Shown here: one piece after another, positions 37,842 through 47,400 of the stretch
How positions within the stretch are numbered: the stretch's first letter is position 1
How the letters are laid out: each line of letters begins with the position of its first letter
Assembly (NCBI GenBank): GCA_021777565.1
Contig: JAJYDJ010000003.1
Span: forward strand, 65,001 to 129,000
DNA from: a bacterium
Lineage (GTDB): Bacteria; Patescibacteriota; Microgenomatia; Levybacterales; UBA12049
DNA: 64,000 nucleotides
Direction: 5' to 3'
Notes under the pieces: generated by a model
Told to the model about the DNA's origin: nothing
The model's database searches: none
Seen by the model: only the letters and a program-made list of their open reading frames with translations
Program-made: the position numbers and the translations under genes

Positions 37842-37868
37842 GGGCACTCCTTTTGTAATACTAAAAGG

Positions 37869-37979
37869 ATGAAACCCTCCCAACCTTGCCCCAATTGTGG
37901 ACACCCTATAGGAATAGTTGCTGGTTCCAAAGAAGCCATCTGCAAAAACTGCGGATTTAAAGATCCTTGTTGTGAGTAA
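37869..37979 (+). CDS. 36-aa zinc-ribbon peptide (CPNC...CKNC)
   Basis: Hand-translated as MKPSQPCPNCGHPIGIVAGSKEAICKNCGFKDPCCE. It is absent from the ORF track because it is shorter than 60 aa. It is followed by a hairpin terminator. Confidence 0.35.
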   Translation: MKPSQPCPNCGHPIGIVAGSKEAICKNCGFKDPCCE

Positions 37980-37987
37980 CCTACCAA

Positions 37988-38020
37988 AAACCCCCACTCT
38001 CAAATTGAATGTGGGGGTTT
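37988..38020. terminator. bidirectional intrinsic terminator between convergent small genes
   Basis: The stem AAACCCCCAC / GTGGGGGTTT (8-10 bp, GC-rich) has a 13-nt loop. It is flanked by an A-tract on the 5' side and a T-rich run on the 3' side, so it forms a U-tract terminator in either orientation. Confidence 0.5.
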
Positions 38021-38037
38021 ATTCTACAACCAAGTAA

Positions 38038-38184
38038 TTATTTGGCTGCGCCAATTTTGAACATAGCGGTTCCACAAACTGGGCACTTCCCTTTCATTGC
38101 TGGTTTACCATTTTTCATGGTAACTTCAACTGCGTTTGGGTCTTCGCGCTTTGCTCGACATTTTACACAATACATTGATGCCAT
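38038..38184 (-). CDS. 48-aa zinc-ribbon protein (CVKC...CPVCG type)
   Basis: Hand-translated as MASMYCVKCRAKREDPNAVEVTMKNGKPAMKGKCPVCGTAMFKIGAAK. A strong SD (AAAGGGGGTGA) lies 8-10 nt upstream. A terminator hairpin lies downstream. The + strand ORF 38009-38239 in the track is probably spurious. Confidence 0.55.
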   Translation of the reverse strand: MASMYCVKCRAKREDPNAVEVTMKNGKPAMKGKCPVCGTAMFKIGAAK

Positions 38185-38201
38185 ATTTAATTCACCCCCT
38201 T

Positions 38202-38453
38202 TCAATAATTCACGTTTGGAATTATCACAACATGTTTAAGTAATAGCATATACAAAATGACTTCACCCAGGACTAACAGTCCAATCATAATCGCGGTTTT
38301 ACGAAGATCATATAAAACGTGACGTGCCTCACGCTGCTGGATCTCTTTTTGATGCATTACTGTTACCGCTATAGGATGGGAGTACTGCAGTTGTGGGAGA
38401 ACTGTTTGGGAGACAGAGATTGTCTTGTCTGGCTGCTGTGCTTGTTTAGCCAT
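38202..38453 (-). CDS. hypothetical small membrane protein
   Basis: 83 aa with one TM helix. Confidence 0.3.
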   Translation of the reverse strand: MAKQAQQPDKTISVSQTVLPQLQYSHPIAVTVMHQKEIQQREARHVLYDLRKTAIMIGLLVLGEVILYMLLLKHVVIIPNVNY

Positions 38454-38474
38454 ACGTGAACTCAGGCTACACTA

Positions 38475-38999
38475 TTGACACTCGTGCTGTCAAGAGGATA
38501 TCATGATAGGAAGATTATGACAATTGTCGTTTGGGTCTTATTATCAATCTTTTTTGTGTGGATGGGTTTTTTAACTTTCCTTTTTTGGAGTTTGTATCGA
38601 CACTACAATACAATCGTCAAAGGGACAACAAAGAAGACGCTGCAATCATTGCTGGAAGATATCTTAAAACGTGATGAAAAGACAAAAGAGGATATTGCAT
38701 TACTCTCTAAAAGATGTGATACCATTGAACTAGATGGGAAAATGCACATCCAAAAAATTGGATTGTTGCGATTTAACCCCTTTCACGACACCGGTGGTGA
38801 TCAGAGCTTTATTTTAGCTTTGGTAGATGGACACGATACCGGTGTTGTTATTTCTGGGCTCTACTCACGATCCGGCACTAGGTGGTATGCAAAGAAAGTG
38901 CAAAATGGAAAAAGTCTGGATCATGAACTGTCCGAAGAAGAAGCTCAAGCTCTTAAGCAGGCAGAAAAAGTAGAGAAAACAGAAAAAGAGAAAAAATAA
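38475..38999 (+). CDS. DUF4446-like membrane-anchored protein
   Basis: An N-terminal TM helix is followed by LRFNPFHDTGGDQSFILALVD, which matches the conserved core of the DUF4446 family as remembered. Confidence 0.45.
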   Translation: MTLVLSRGYHDRKIMTIVVWVLLSIFFVWMGFLTFLFWSLYRHYNTIVKGTTKKTLQSLLEDILKRDEKTKEDIALLSKRCDTIELDGKMHIQKIGLLRFNPFHDTGGDQSFILALVDGHDTGVVISGLYSRSGTRWYAKKVQNGKSLDHELSEEEAQALKQAEKVEKTEKEKK

Positions 39000-39002
39000 T
39001 CT

Positions 39003-40154
39003 ATGTCAAAAAAGACACTTATTGTCGCACTCGTTCTGTACCTGGTAATTGCAGGAGCTTCCTTTGCCGTATTCTCATTTGTTTTTAAAACAAAAACCGC
39101 TGTTATCCAGCCACCATCACCAAAAGTCACCACTAATGGGACACAATTTGATCAAACACTCCCCAAAACAGAGGCATGTCCACTTAATGGTGTCCTCTAC
39201 TCTACCCAACAGCGCAACTGGTGGGAACAACACCGACCTCTGGCTGTCATGATTGAGAATCATGTTGATGCTCGTCCTCAGTCTGGTATTAGTAAAGCAG
39301 ACGTTGTGTATGAAGCGATTGCCGAAGGTGGCATCACTCGTACCATGGATGTTTTCTACTGTCAGGATGCCTCAGAGATTGCCCCAATTCGCTCAGCACG
39401 AACCTATTTCATTGACTATGCCTCAGAATATGGTGATAAGCCACTCTATGCCCACGTTGGTGGTGCCAATGCTGCTGGGCCTGCTGATGCACTCGGGCAA
39501 CTGGATCAGTACGGCTGGTCTGGGGTAAATGATCTTAATCAGTTCTCGATCGGGTTCCCTACCTTCTATCGTAACTACAACCGTCTTGATCATACGGTAG
39601 CGACTGAACATACCATGGAATCAAGTACAACCAAACTCTGGGATTTTGCTGCCAAAGACCGTGGACTTACCAATGTCGATAAACAAGGCACGTCATGGAA
39701 CACTAAGTTCGTCCAATACTCATTCAAGGATGATCAACCAACGCCAAATGGCACACAGACTATTCACCTTTCATTCTGGGGTGATCCGGACTATGCTGTT
39801 GACTGGATCTATGACAGTGCTACCAACACCTACAAGAGAAACAATGGTGGCCAGCCACACATGGATTTGCTGACTCATCAACAGCTTGCTGCCAAAAACG
39901 TCGTCGTACTTTTGGAGAAAGAGTTGAATGCTGATGATGGATATGCCAATAACGAACATCTTTTGTACGGCGATACTGGCACAGGCAAAGCACTTGTCTT
40001 CATGGATGGCAAAGAAACTATGGCGACCTGGAAGAAAGCAAGTCGTACCGCCCGTACGCTCTTATACGACCAACAAGGAAATCCAATCAAATTCGATCGT
40101 GGACAGATCTGGTTTACGATCTATCCAGCAGATAAAGACGTCGTTGTGAAATAA
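39003..40154 (+). CDS. DUF3048-domain exported protein (YerB-like)
   Basis: There is a signal anchor. RPLAVMIENHVDARPQSGISKADVVYEAIAEGGITR is the hallmark N-terminal block of DUF3048. Confidence 0.75.
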   Translation: MSKKTLIVALVLYLVIAGASFAVFSFVFKTKTAVIQPPSPKVTTNGTQFDQTLPKTEACPLNGVLYSTQQRNWWEQHRPLAVMIENHVDARPQSGISKADVVYEAIAEGGITRTMDVFYCQDASEIAPIRSARTYFIDYASEYGDKPLYAHVGGANAAGPADALGQLDQYGWSGVNDLNQFSIGFPTFYRNYNRLDHTVATEHTMESSTTKLWDFAAKDRGLTNVDKQGTSWNTKFVQYSFKDDQPTPNGTQTIHLSFWGDPDYAVDWIYDSATNTYKRNNGGQPHMDLLTHQQLAAKNVVVLLEKELNADDGYANNEHLLYGDTGTGKALVFMDGKETMATWKKASRTARTLLYDQQGNPIKFDRGQIWFTIYPADKDVVVK

Positions 40155-40198
40155 TCCTGTCCCTCTACACAACTGATGAAAAAAAGTATACAATATCG

Positions 40199-40786
40199 TT
40201 GATTATGTTCTCAGATCTCATCACTTCACAATCTAGAATAAAGCTTCTAAACGTATTTTTTCAGACCCCTCTTGAAATGTTTCATGTACGAGAAATAGTC
40301 CGAAGAACCAATGATGAAATTAATGCGGTGAGGCGTGAGCTTGCCTTCCTGGAAAAGCATGGCATCCTCTCAAAAGAGCAACGCGCCAACCGAGTCTACT
40401 ACATGCTTGATAAGAATTATCCATTTTATTTTGATCTTCTGAGAATCGGTGCCAAATCTGTTGGACTTGGTGCACAAATTTTAAAAAATCGTGTAAAACT
40501 TGGCAAGATCAAATATGCCTATCTGTCTGGGAAGTTTGTTAGAAATTTACCAAAAGGGGATAACGACGTTGATCTTTTACTCGTGGGTACGGTTGTGCTT
40601 CCAGAGATTGCGCTTCTGGTGCGTAATGAAGAAGCTCGCACCGGAACTGAAATAAATTATACCGTCATGACAGAGGAAGAATTTTCTTTCAGAAAAACCC
40701 GCAATGATCCGTTTATTAAGCAAGCACTTTATAATTCTCGCGTGATGTTGATCGGAGACGAAGAAGCACTGCTGAATGAAAAATAA
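40199..40786 (+). CDS. hypothetical protein with N-terminal winged-helix-like region
   Basis: 195 aa. No catalytic motif was recognised. It is followed immediately by secD. Confidence 0.4.
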   Translation: MIMFSDLITSQSRIKLLNVFFQTPLEMFHVREIVRRTNDEINAVRRELAFLEKHGILSKEQRANRVYYMLDKNYPFYFDLLRIGAKSVGLGAQILKNRVKLGKIKYAYLSGKFVRNLPKGDNDVDLLLVGTVVLPEIALLVRNEEARTGTEINYTVMTEEEFSFRKTRNDPFIKQALYNSRVMLIGDEEALLNEK

Positions 40787-42158
40787 TCCACGTCTTATCC
40801 TTTTTCTTATTACACTCCTGACCATTGTCGCAGGAGTCCTCGTCCTACCTCCCACACAGCCAGTCAAGATAACGACTCCTAAACTTCCAGGCCTGAATAG
40901 ACAATTCACCCTTACTCTCCCTTTATATGGCTCAACTGTTGATGTGAGTTGGGGGAATAATCATTTTGTAAAACAATTCCCATTTAGAAAAGGTCTTGAT
41001 CTTGCTGGTGGTACCAGTGTCACTATGAAAGCTGATATGAGTAAGATCTCACCAGATAATCGCGATAGCGCGCTGGCAGGAGCAAAGACGGTTATCGAAA
41101 ATCGTGTCAATTTGTACGGAGTCAGTGAGCCACTCGTGCAGACATCCAAAGTAAATAATGACTATCGTCTTATCGTTGATTTGCCAGGGGTGAGTACTGA
41201 GCAAGCACTTTCGCTGATTGGGACCACGGCACAACTTTCATTCTGGGAAGCAGTGGCAAGTGGCAGTGCCGATGCCTATCCTGTGGAGGCTTTACCACTT
41301 GGTATCCTCCAGACAATTGGTCCCTACGCTCATCCAACGAGTCTGAGTGGCAAAGATTTACAAAATACTACCGTTACCTTTGATGCCAATACTGGTGCGC
41401 CACAGGTACAGTTGCAATTCACTCCCGACGGAACAAAGAAGTTTGCTGATATTACGGGGAGAAATGTAGGCAAAATCGTTGCGATTGTTTTGGATAATAT
41501 GGTTGTTGAGGCTCCACGAGTCCAACAAATTATTCCTAATGGCGATGCTGTGATTAGCGGCAGTATGACCACCGATACGGCCAATCAGCTCAAAATTGAG
41601 CTGCAGGCAGGACAGCTTCCTATTCCACTCTCTATTCTCCAACAGCAGACCATCGGCGCGACACTTGGTGCCAGTTCTCTGTCAAAAAGTCTTTTTGCAG
41701 GATTTGTCGGATTTGTCATCATCGCTCTTTTCATGATGGTGTTATATGGCAGACTTGGGATTATTGCCAGCATGGCACTCGTTGTGTATGTGATCCTCAC
41801 CTTGTGCGTCTTTAAGCTCATCCCAGTCACGCTGACTTTGGCCGGCATTGCAGGATTCATTCTCTCGGTGGGTATGGCTGTTGATGCAAATATTTTGATT
41901 TTTGAGCGTATGCGGGAGGAGCATCGGAGTGGCAAGTCCTTTGATAAAGCGCTTACTCTTGGCTTCGCACGAGCATGGACCTCAATTAGAGACAGTAATC
42001 TTTCCACACTTATTACCTGTTTTGTTCTGTACCAATTTGGGACAGGAATTGTGAGAGGATTTGCCTTTACTTTGGCTATCGGGGTGGCTATCTCACTGTT
42101 CTCAGCTATCGTCGTGACACGCACGCTTATCCGTACTATGATGGGAGAACACATATGA
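40776..42158 (+). CDS. secD: protein translocase subunit SecD
   Basis: An N-terminal TM helix is present. GLDLAGGTSV is the SecD signature. There is a C-terminal 6-TM bundle. Confidence 0.9.
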   Translation: MKNNPRLILFLITLLTIVAGVLVLPPTQPVKITTPKLPGLNRQFTLTLPLYGSTVDVSWGNNHFVKQFPFRKGLDLAGGTSVTMKADMSKISPDNRDSALAGAKTVIENRVNLYGVSEPLVQTSKVNNDYRLIVDLPGVSTEQALSLIGTTAQLSFWEAVASGSADAYPVEALPLGILQTIGPYAHPTSLSGKDLQNTTVTFDANTGAPQVQLQFTPDGTKKFADITGRNVGKIVAIVLDNMVVEAPRVQQIIPNGDAVISGSMTTDTANQLKIELQAGQLPIPLSILQQQTIGATLGASSLSKSLFAGFVGFVIIALFMMVLYGRLGIIASMALVVYVILTLCVFKLIPVTLTLAGIAGFILSVGMAVDANILIFERMREEHRSGKSFDKALTLGFARAWTSIRDSNLSTLITCFVLYQFGTGIVRGFAFTLAIGVAISLFSAIVVTRTLIRTMMGEHI

Positions 42159-43045
42159 ACATAATCAAGCACAAGAATTGGTATTTTGCTCTCTCACTGA
42201 TCGTCATTATCCCAGGCACGATTGCACTTCTTTTGTGGGGATTGAGATTGTCTATTGATTTTACTGGGGGAAGTCGTATCACCTACCTTGCCAAGACTGC
42301 CACACCAGTCAATATGCAACAGATTCAAAGTGTTGAGAAAGAATCCAACATTACTTTTGTTTCTATCGCAACCAGCCCAACACAAATTAGTATCAAGACC
42401 AAACCACTTACCAATGATCAACACACGGCGCTAACCAAAGCATTTACTGACAAGCTTCCTGGCTATGTTGAAGAGTCTTACGAAACCGTGGGGCCAGTGG
42501 TCGGACAAGAGACGACCTGGAATGCTATCAAAGGTGTCGGCCTGGCATCTATCCTGATCATTCTTTTTATTGCATTCTCTTTCCGCAGTGTTCCCAAGCC
42601 TGCCAACAGCTGGAGATTTGGGATTTGCGCCATCATAGCTCTTCTGCACGACGTGTTGGTAGTGGTGGGTATTTTTGCGATCTTGGGACATTTCTTTGAC
42701 GTGGAAGTAGACAGTCTTTTTGTGACTGCACTTCTGACTGTGATTGGCTTTTCAGTACATGACACGATCGTGGTATTTGACAGAATTCGAGAGAATTTAA
42801 AGAAGAGCCTTCTAAGGCCATTTGACGAAGTCGTCAATGATGCGATCCTCCAGACACTCAACAGATCACTCAACACGTCATTTACGGTCATTCTCGTGCT
42901 CCTGGCAATACTTCTTTTTGGAGGAGAGAGTATCAGGTGGTTTGTCGCAGCACTTTTGATCGGCGTGATCTCAGGAACGTATTCTTCTATCTTTAACGCA
43001 TCCCCCATGCTCGTCCTCTGGCAAGAATTGAGTAAGAAGAAATAG
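42155..43045 (+). CDS. secF: protein translocase subunit SecF
   Basis: SIDFTGGS is the SecF motif. The C-terminus is polytopic. It overlaps secD by 4 nt. Confidence 0.9.
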   Translation: MNIIKHKNWYFALSLIVIIPGTIALLLWGLRLSIDFTGGSRITYLAKTATPVNMQQIQSVEKESNITFVSIATSPTQISIKTKPLTNDQHTALTKAFTDKLPGYVEESYETVGPVVGQETTWNAIKGVGLASILIILFIAFSFRSVPKPANSWRFGICAIIALLHDVLVVVGIFAILGHFFDVEVDSLFVTALLTVIGFSVHDTIVVFDRIRENLKKSLLRPFDEVVNDAILQTLNRSLNTSFTVILVLLAILLFGGESIRWFVAALLIGVISGTYSSIFNASPMLVLWQELSKKK

Positions 43046-43046
43046 T

Positions 43047-43634
43047 ATGGTAATTAATTTCATCACTGGCAATGCTGGCAAATTTGTTAGCATGAAAGAG
43101 CACGTTAGCAAGTACGGCTTCGAGGTAAAACAAACCACGCTACCAATAATTGAGCCACAAGCAGATACACCTGAAGAGGTTTCGCTTTCCAAGGCAAAAC
43201 AAGCATATGAATTGCTTCACGAACCAGTTGCAGTTGAAGATAGTTCGTTTCATATAGATGCACTCCATGGCTTCCCCGGACCATATATCAAATATGTCAT
43301 GCAAACTATTGGCGTAGACGGGATCTTGAAAGTAACTGAGACCATAACAGAAAGGACATGTAGATTTACTAGTGTGCTTACCTTTATTGATGCAGATGGA
43401 ACCGTTCAGCAATTCGTACAAAAAGATGATGCGGGGACACTTGCCACGAAAAAAGATGAGACACCTATGGAACAGGCATGGTCAGATTTGTGGAGAATTT
43501 TTATTCCTGCAGGATATTCCAAACCTCTCTCTGGACTTTCTGCAGAAGAGAACAGACAAGTAAATGAAGATTGGCAAAAAGTTTCAACATTTACCCAGTT
43601 TGCCAAGTGGCTGCACGAGAACAAAAAAAGCTAA
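43047..43634 (+). CDS. non-canonical purine NTP pyrophosphatase (Ham1/RdgB family)
   Basis: INFITGNAGKF and later blocks are typical of the Ham1 family. Confidence 0.85.
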   Translation: MVINFITGNAGKFVSMKEHVSKYGFEVKQTTLPIIEPQADTPEEVSLSKAKQAYELLHEPVAVEDSSFHIDALHGFPGPYIKYVMQTIGVDGILKVTETITERTCRFTSVLTFIDADGTVQQFVQKDDAGTLATKKDETPMEQAWSDLWRIFIPAGYSKPLSGLSAEENRQVNEDWQKVSTFTQFAKWLHENKKS

Positions 43635-43636
43635 TA

Positions 43637-44086
43637 CTATCCCAAACTTTCTTTTACCCTCTTACTGACCAGGGAGCCGTCAGCTTTGCCTTTGATCTTC
43701 GGTGCAAGATAACCCATGACTTTACCCATATCAGCTGGTGTTGCGGCGCCAGTTGCAGACTTTGCCTCATCAATCAGGGCCTTTATCTCCTCTTCTGACA
43801 TTTGTGCTGGCAGGTATGCTTGGAGCAAATGCAGCTCTGCTTTCTCTTTTTCTACCAATTCCTGACGTCCTGCTTGTTCAAATTGTTCGATACTGTCTCT
43901 GTGCTGTTTGACCTGTGTCCCAATCACGGACATGATATCTTCCTCAGTTGCCTGGTAGCCTGCTCCACCTTTTTGGATTTCAAAATACGTCACGGCAGAG
44001 ATAAGCATACGAAGGACTGACTTTCTGACTTCATCTTGTGCCATCATGGCATCCTTCAGTTGGCTTTGTAGATCTTGCTTGGTCAT
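43637..44086 (-). CDS. GatB/YqeY-domain protein
   Basis: AMMAQDEVRKSVLRMLISAV is the YqeY signature. The start is trimmed to M28 to avoid overlap with lon. Confidence 0.8.
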   Translation of the reverse strand: MTKQDLQSQLKDAMMAQDEVRKSVLRMLISAVTYFEIQKGGAGYQATEEDIMSVIGTQVKQHRDSIEQFEQAGRQELVEKEKAELHLLQAYLPAQMSEEEIKALIDEAKSATGAATPADMGKVMGYLAPKIKGKADGSLVSKRVKESLG

Positions 44087-44108
44087 AGCACTAGTATAGC
44101 ACACCCAT

Positions 44109-46517
44109 TTAGTCAGCAGGGTGGAGAGGAAGCGCCGTACCCTTGGCAGATGATTGTGGCGAGACACTCAATGTCTTGGCAAGAGCCACTGGTAACACCT
44201 CATCCATGTGTGAAACATAGTAAAACTTCAAATCATTCTGCACTTCTTTTGGCACGTCTTCCACCACATCTTTTTTGTTCTCGCGTGGTAGGATGACTGT
44301 CTTGATACCCGCGCGATGTGCTGCAATGACTTTTTCCTTTACCCCACCAATTTCAAGTGCCCGACCTCTGAGTGTTACCTCCCCCGTCATTGCCACATCT
44401 TTTCTCACCGGTATCTTGGTGAGAGCCGATATCATCGATGTCGTTATAGCCAGACCGGCTGATGGGCCGTCTTTAGGGATGGCACCTTCTGGCATATGGA
44501 CATGAATATCTATTTTCTGGAAAAATCCTTCTGGAAGTCCGAACTGTTTTGCACGGGCTCTGATATAGGAGAGTGCCGCTTGCCCTGATTCTTTCATCAC
44601 GTCGCCCAGCTGTCCAGTGAGAATAAGACTTCCCTTGCCTGGCATGACGGTTGATTCAATCTGTAGGATACTTCCCCCAGATGGTGACCACCCCAGACCG
44701 GTGGACATTCCGACTTCATCTTTTTTCTCTGCAGTGGTTGCATTAAATCGTTCTGGTCCCAGATATTTCTCGACCAACTTTGGCGTGACACTCACAGAAG
44801 TTTTCTTACCGTCGGCCACTTGTTTGGCTACTTTTCTAAATATATCTGCCAGTTTTCTCTCAAGATTACGTACCCCAGCCTCAAGAGTATAATGCTCAAT
44901 GACAAATCGCAGTGCCGCATCGGTCATCTCAATCTGGTCTTCAGAGAGACCATGATTGGACTGCAGTTTCTTCAAGAGATATTTTTTCGCGATCGCAAAT
45001 TTCTCATCCTGTGTATACCCAGAGAATGAAATAATTTCAAGACGATCACGAAGCGCTGGTGGAATTGTATCCAGCATATTTGCAGTGGTAATAAACATCA
45101 CATTAGACAGATCAAATGGTACTTCCAGATAGTGATCTGAGAAACTGTTGTTTTGTTCTGGATCCAGCGCCTCCAAAAGTGCACTTGATGGATCACCACG
45201 ATAGTCAGAACCAAGTTTATCTATTTCATCAAGCATAAAGACTGGGTTTTTCGTCCCCGCGTCTTTAATCCCTTGAATAATGCGTCCTGGAAGCGCACCC
45301 ACATAGGTTCGTCTGTGTCCCCTGATTTCTGCCTCATCACGCACACCACCAAGAGACATTCTCACAAATTTACGCCCGAGTGCTTTGGCAATTGATTTCC
45401 CAATTGAGGTTTTCCCAACTCCCGGAGGCCCAGCAAAACACAAAATCGGACTTTTCATGGTAGTTCCTTTCTCACTGGTGAGCTTGCGTACTGCCAGGTA
45501 TTCCAAAATACGCTCTTTTGCTTTTTCCAGACCATAATGCTCTTCATTGAGGATTTTCTCTGCTTTTTTCAAATCAAATTCTTCCTTGCTTTCAATATCC
45601 CACGGCAGAGCAGACAGAGTTTCGACATAATTTCTGATATAACCTGACTCAGGGTTAAACTGGTTCATTTGGGAAAGCTTTTTTATTTCCTTCTTTACTT
45701 TTTCATAGACATCCTCAGGCATATGGGCATTTTTTGCTGCATCTACAAGCTCTTTCATATCCCCTGTTGCCTCATCATTGCCAAGCTCTTGTTCAATTGT
45801 TTTTAATTTCTCACGAAGAATTGCTTCCTTGGCACCTTTATCAAATTTTGCTTGTGTTTTGGTTGCAATTTTCTGTTCCAACTCCAGTACTTTGATTTCT
45901 TTTGCCAGATAGTCAGACACTTTTTCAAGACGTGTCTTTACATCAAAAATTTCAAGAAGTTCTTGTCTCTCCTGATTTTTAATCTCAAGAACTGATGCTA
46001 CCAAATCAGCGAGCTGTGATGGGGTAGTATCTGACATGATATTCATAAAGACCAAGAAATCAGCATGCTTGCCAATATTCATGGCTTTTCTAAATTCAGT
46101 GGTTAGATGGTTGCAAAGCGCTTTTATTTCAGGAGAATTATCTTCAGTTTCAGGAATTTCTGTCACTTTCCCCATGAGGAAATACTCATGATTTTCATAG
46201 GATTCAATACGCACTCTGGTAATACCACGTACTTGTGCACTTATATTATCATCAAGTTTTACCATGCGCTCGATATGAGCAAGTGTCCCGATGGTATAGA
46301 GATCTTCTGGACCTGGTTCATGATTACGAGTGTTTTTTTGGAGGACAAAACAGACGGTCCTATCGCCCTGTGATGCTGCCTCAAGTGCCGACAGACTTTT
46401 CGGTCGCCCAAAGGTAAGCATGGAATCTGTATGTGGGAAAATCGTCCCGTCTCGAATTGGGATGATCGGAACAATTAACTCATTTGGATTAAGTAGTGAT
46501 GACTCTGTGTCTTGCAT
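44109..46517 (-). CDS. lon: ATP-dependent Lon protease
   Basis: An N-terminal LON domain is present. The AAA+ Walker A is GPPGVGKTS. The S16 protease domain has the catalytic PKDGPSAG motif. Confidence 0.95.
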   Translation of the reverse strand: MQDTESSLLNPNELIVPIIPIRDGTIFPHTDSMLTFGRPKSLSALEAASQGDRTVCFVLQKNTRNHEPGPEDLYTIGTLAHIERMVKLDDNISAQVRGITRVRIESYENHEYFLMGKVTEIPETEDNSPEIKALCNHLTTEFRKAMNIGKHADFLVFMNIMSDTTPSQLADLVASVLEIKNQERQELLEIFDVKTRLEKVSDYLAKEIKVLELEQKIATKTQAKFDKGAKEAILREKLKTIEQELGNDEATGDMKELVDAAKNAHMPEDVYEKVKKEIKKLSQMNQFNPESGYIRNYVETLSALPWDIESKEEFDLKKAEKILNEEHYGLEKAKERILEYLAVRKLTSEKGTTMKSPILCFAGPPGVGKTSIGKSIAKALGRKFVRMSLGGVRDEAEIRGHRRTYVGALPGRIIQGIKDAGTKNPVFMLDEIDKLGSDYRGDPSSALLEALDPEQNNSFSDHYLEVPFDLSNVMFITTANMLDTIPPALRDRLEIISFSGYTQDEKFAIAKKYLLKKLQSNHGLSEDQIEMTDAALRFVIEHYTLEAGVRNLERKLADIFRKVAKQVADGKKTSVSVTPKLVEKYLGPERFNATTAEKKDEVGMSTGLGWSPSGGSILQIESTVMPGKGSLILTGQLGDVMKESGQAALSYIRARAKQFGLPEGFFQKIDIHVHMPEGAIPKDGPSAGLAITTSMISALTKIPVRKDVAMTGEVTLRGRALEIGGVKEKVIAAHRAGIKTVILPRENKKDVVEDVPKEVQNDLKFYYVSHMDEVLPVALAKTLSVSPQSSAKGTALPLHPAD

Positions 46518-46564
46518 ATGAGTATATTAGCACTCTATCAACTCTGGTGCTAATTGTCAAGATA

Positions 46565-47395
46565 TCAATACGTATAATACCCCACCAGTAGCCCATTTGT
46601 ATTATACAAAAATGCGCTATCGTGATCATTATTCCAGACCGGATATGCTGCTTGGGGACATGCCCAATAAACATCTTTTGTGGTGTTAGTTCCACATCCC
46701 GAGTGAATAGTAATTGTTGAACCTGACACCAGGCTGACATCGGGAAAGGTAAAACGATTAGATGAAGAGTTATCTTTCAACAGATAACCCTTGAGCGAGA
46801 TGGTATTGGGGCAAATGTTTTGAATTTGGATCCATTCATCATTTCGCGTCTGGCCAGATGTGTTAATCGAGGGGAATGAGAGACACTTCCCTTCTGGCTT
46901 ACAAAGTCCTTCCCACATACCTTGGCATTGGGTACGTGCATCATCTTCTGCACTCGTCAAAACTGCTTCATATTTCATGTTTTTTTGCATAAAATCTGTA
47001 ATCGCCATACCATCCTTGACCATTTCTTCATTGACGAACATATCCCCTAAAAACACATAAGCAAGTGTCCGTCCATAGCGATCAGTCTTTTCATTTTCAT
47101 ACTCAAGGCTGACTGGCTTCCCTTCAACAAGCTTCTTTAACAGGTTCATCGCTTCATCATGATATGACTCCCCTTTTTCTGAGCTATTAATCCCTAAAAA
47201 ACGTACATGTCTTTTATCAGAAAGTATAGCTGTGTCCCCATCAATCACATAGGTGACAGTTAGTGCATTCGTTGTATTGCCAGACAAGACGGTTTTGTGT
47301 GGAGTGGGATGACTTGCGAGAAGTAATAAGACCCCACCTGAGAAAAAAAGGAGTGCACTCGCCAAACTTATAAGCCAGAAACGTTTCAAAAACAT
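46565..47395 (-). CDS. secreted thermonuclease (SNase-like) with C-terminal lamin-tail-like domain
   Basis: A signal anchor is present. VIDGDT...RFLGINSSE...RYGRTLAYV is the SNase catalytic core. The C-terminal ~100 aa are LTD-like. Confidence 0.7.
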   Translation of the reverse strand: MFLKRFWLISLASALLFFSGGVLLLLASHPTPHKTVLSGNTTNALTVTYVIDGDTAILSDKRHVRFLGINSSEKGESYHDEAMNLLKKLVEGKPVSLEYENEKTDRYGRTLAYVFLGDMFVNEEMVKDGMAITDFMQKNMKYEAVLTSAEDDARTQCQGMWEGLCKPEGKCLSFPSINTSGQTRNDEWIQIQNICPNTISLKGYLLKDNSSSNRFTFPDVSLVSGSTITIHSGCGTNTTKDVYWACPQAAYPVWNNDHDSAFLYNTNGLLVGYYTY

Positions 47396-47400
47396 GAGAC

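Noticed and set aside
38009-38239. 76-aa + strand ORF in the supplied track
   Set aside because: It overlaps the better-supported 48-aa zinc-ribbon gene on the - strand. That gene has a strong SD and a downstream terminator. The + strand ORF has neither a motif nor an RBS.
41330-43008. Multiple 60-195-aa - strand ORFs antisense to secD/secF
   Set aside because: These are shadow ORFs within the strongly supported SecD/SecF coding sequences. The GC-richer local composition reduces stop-codon frequency on the opposite strand.
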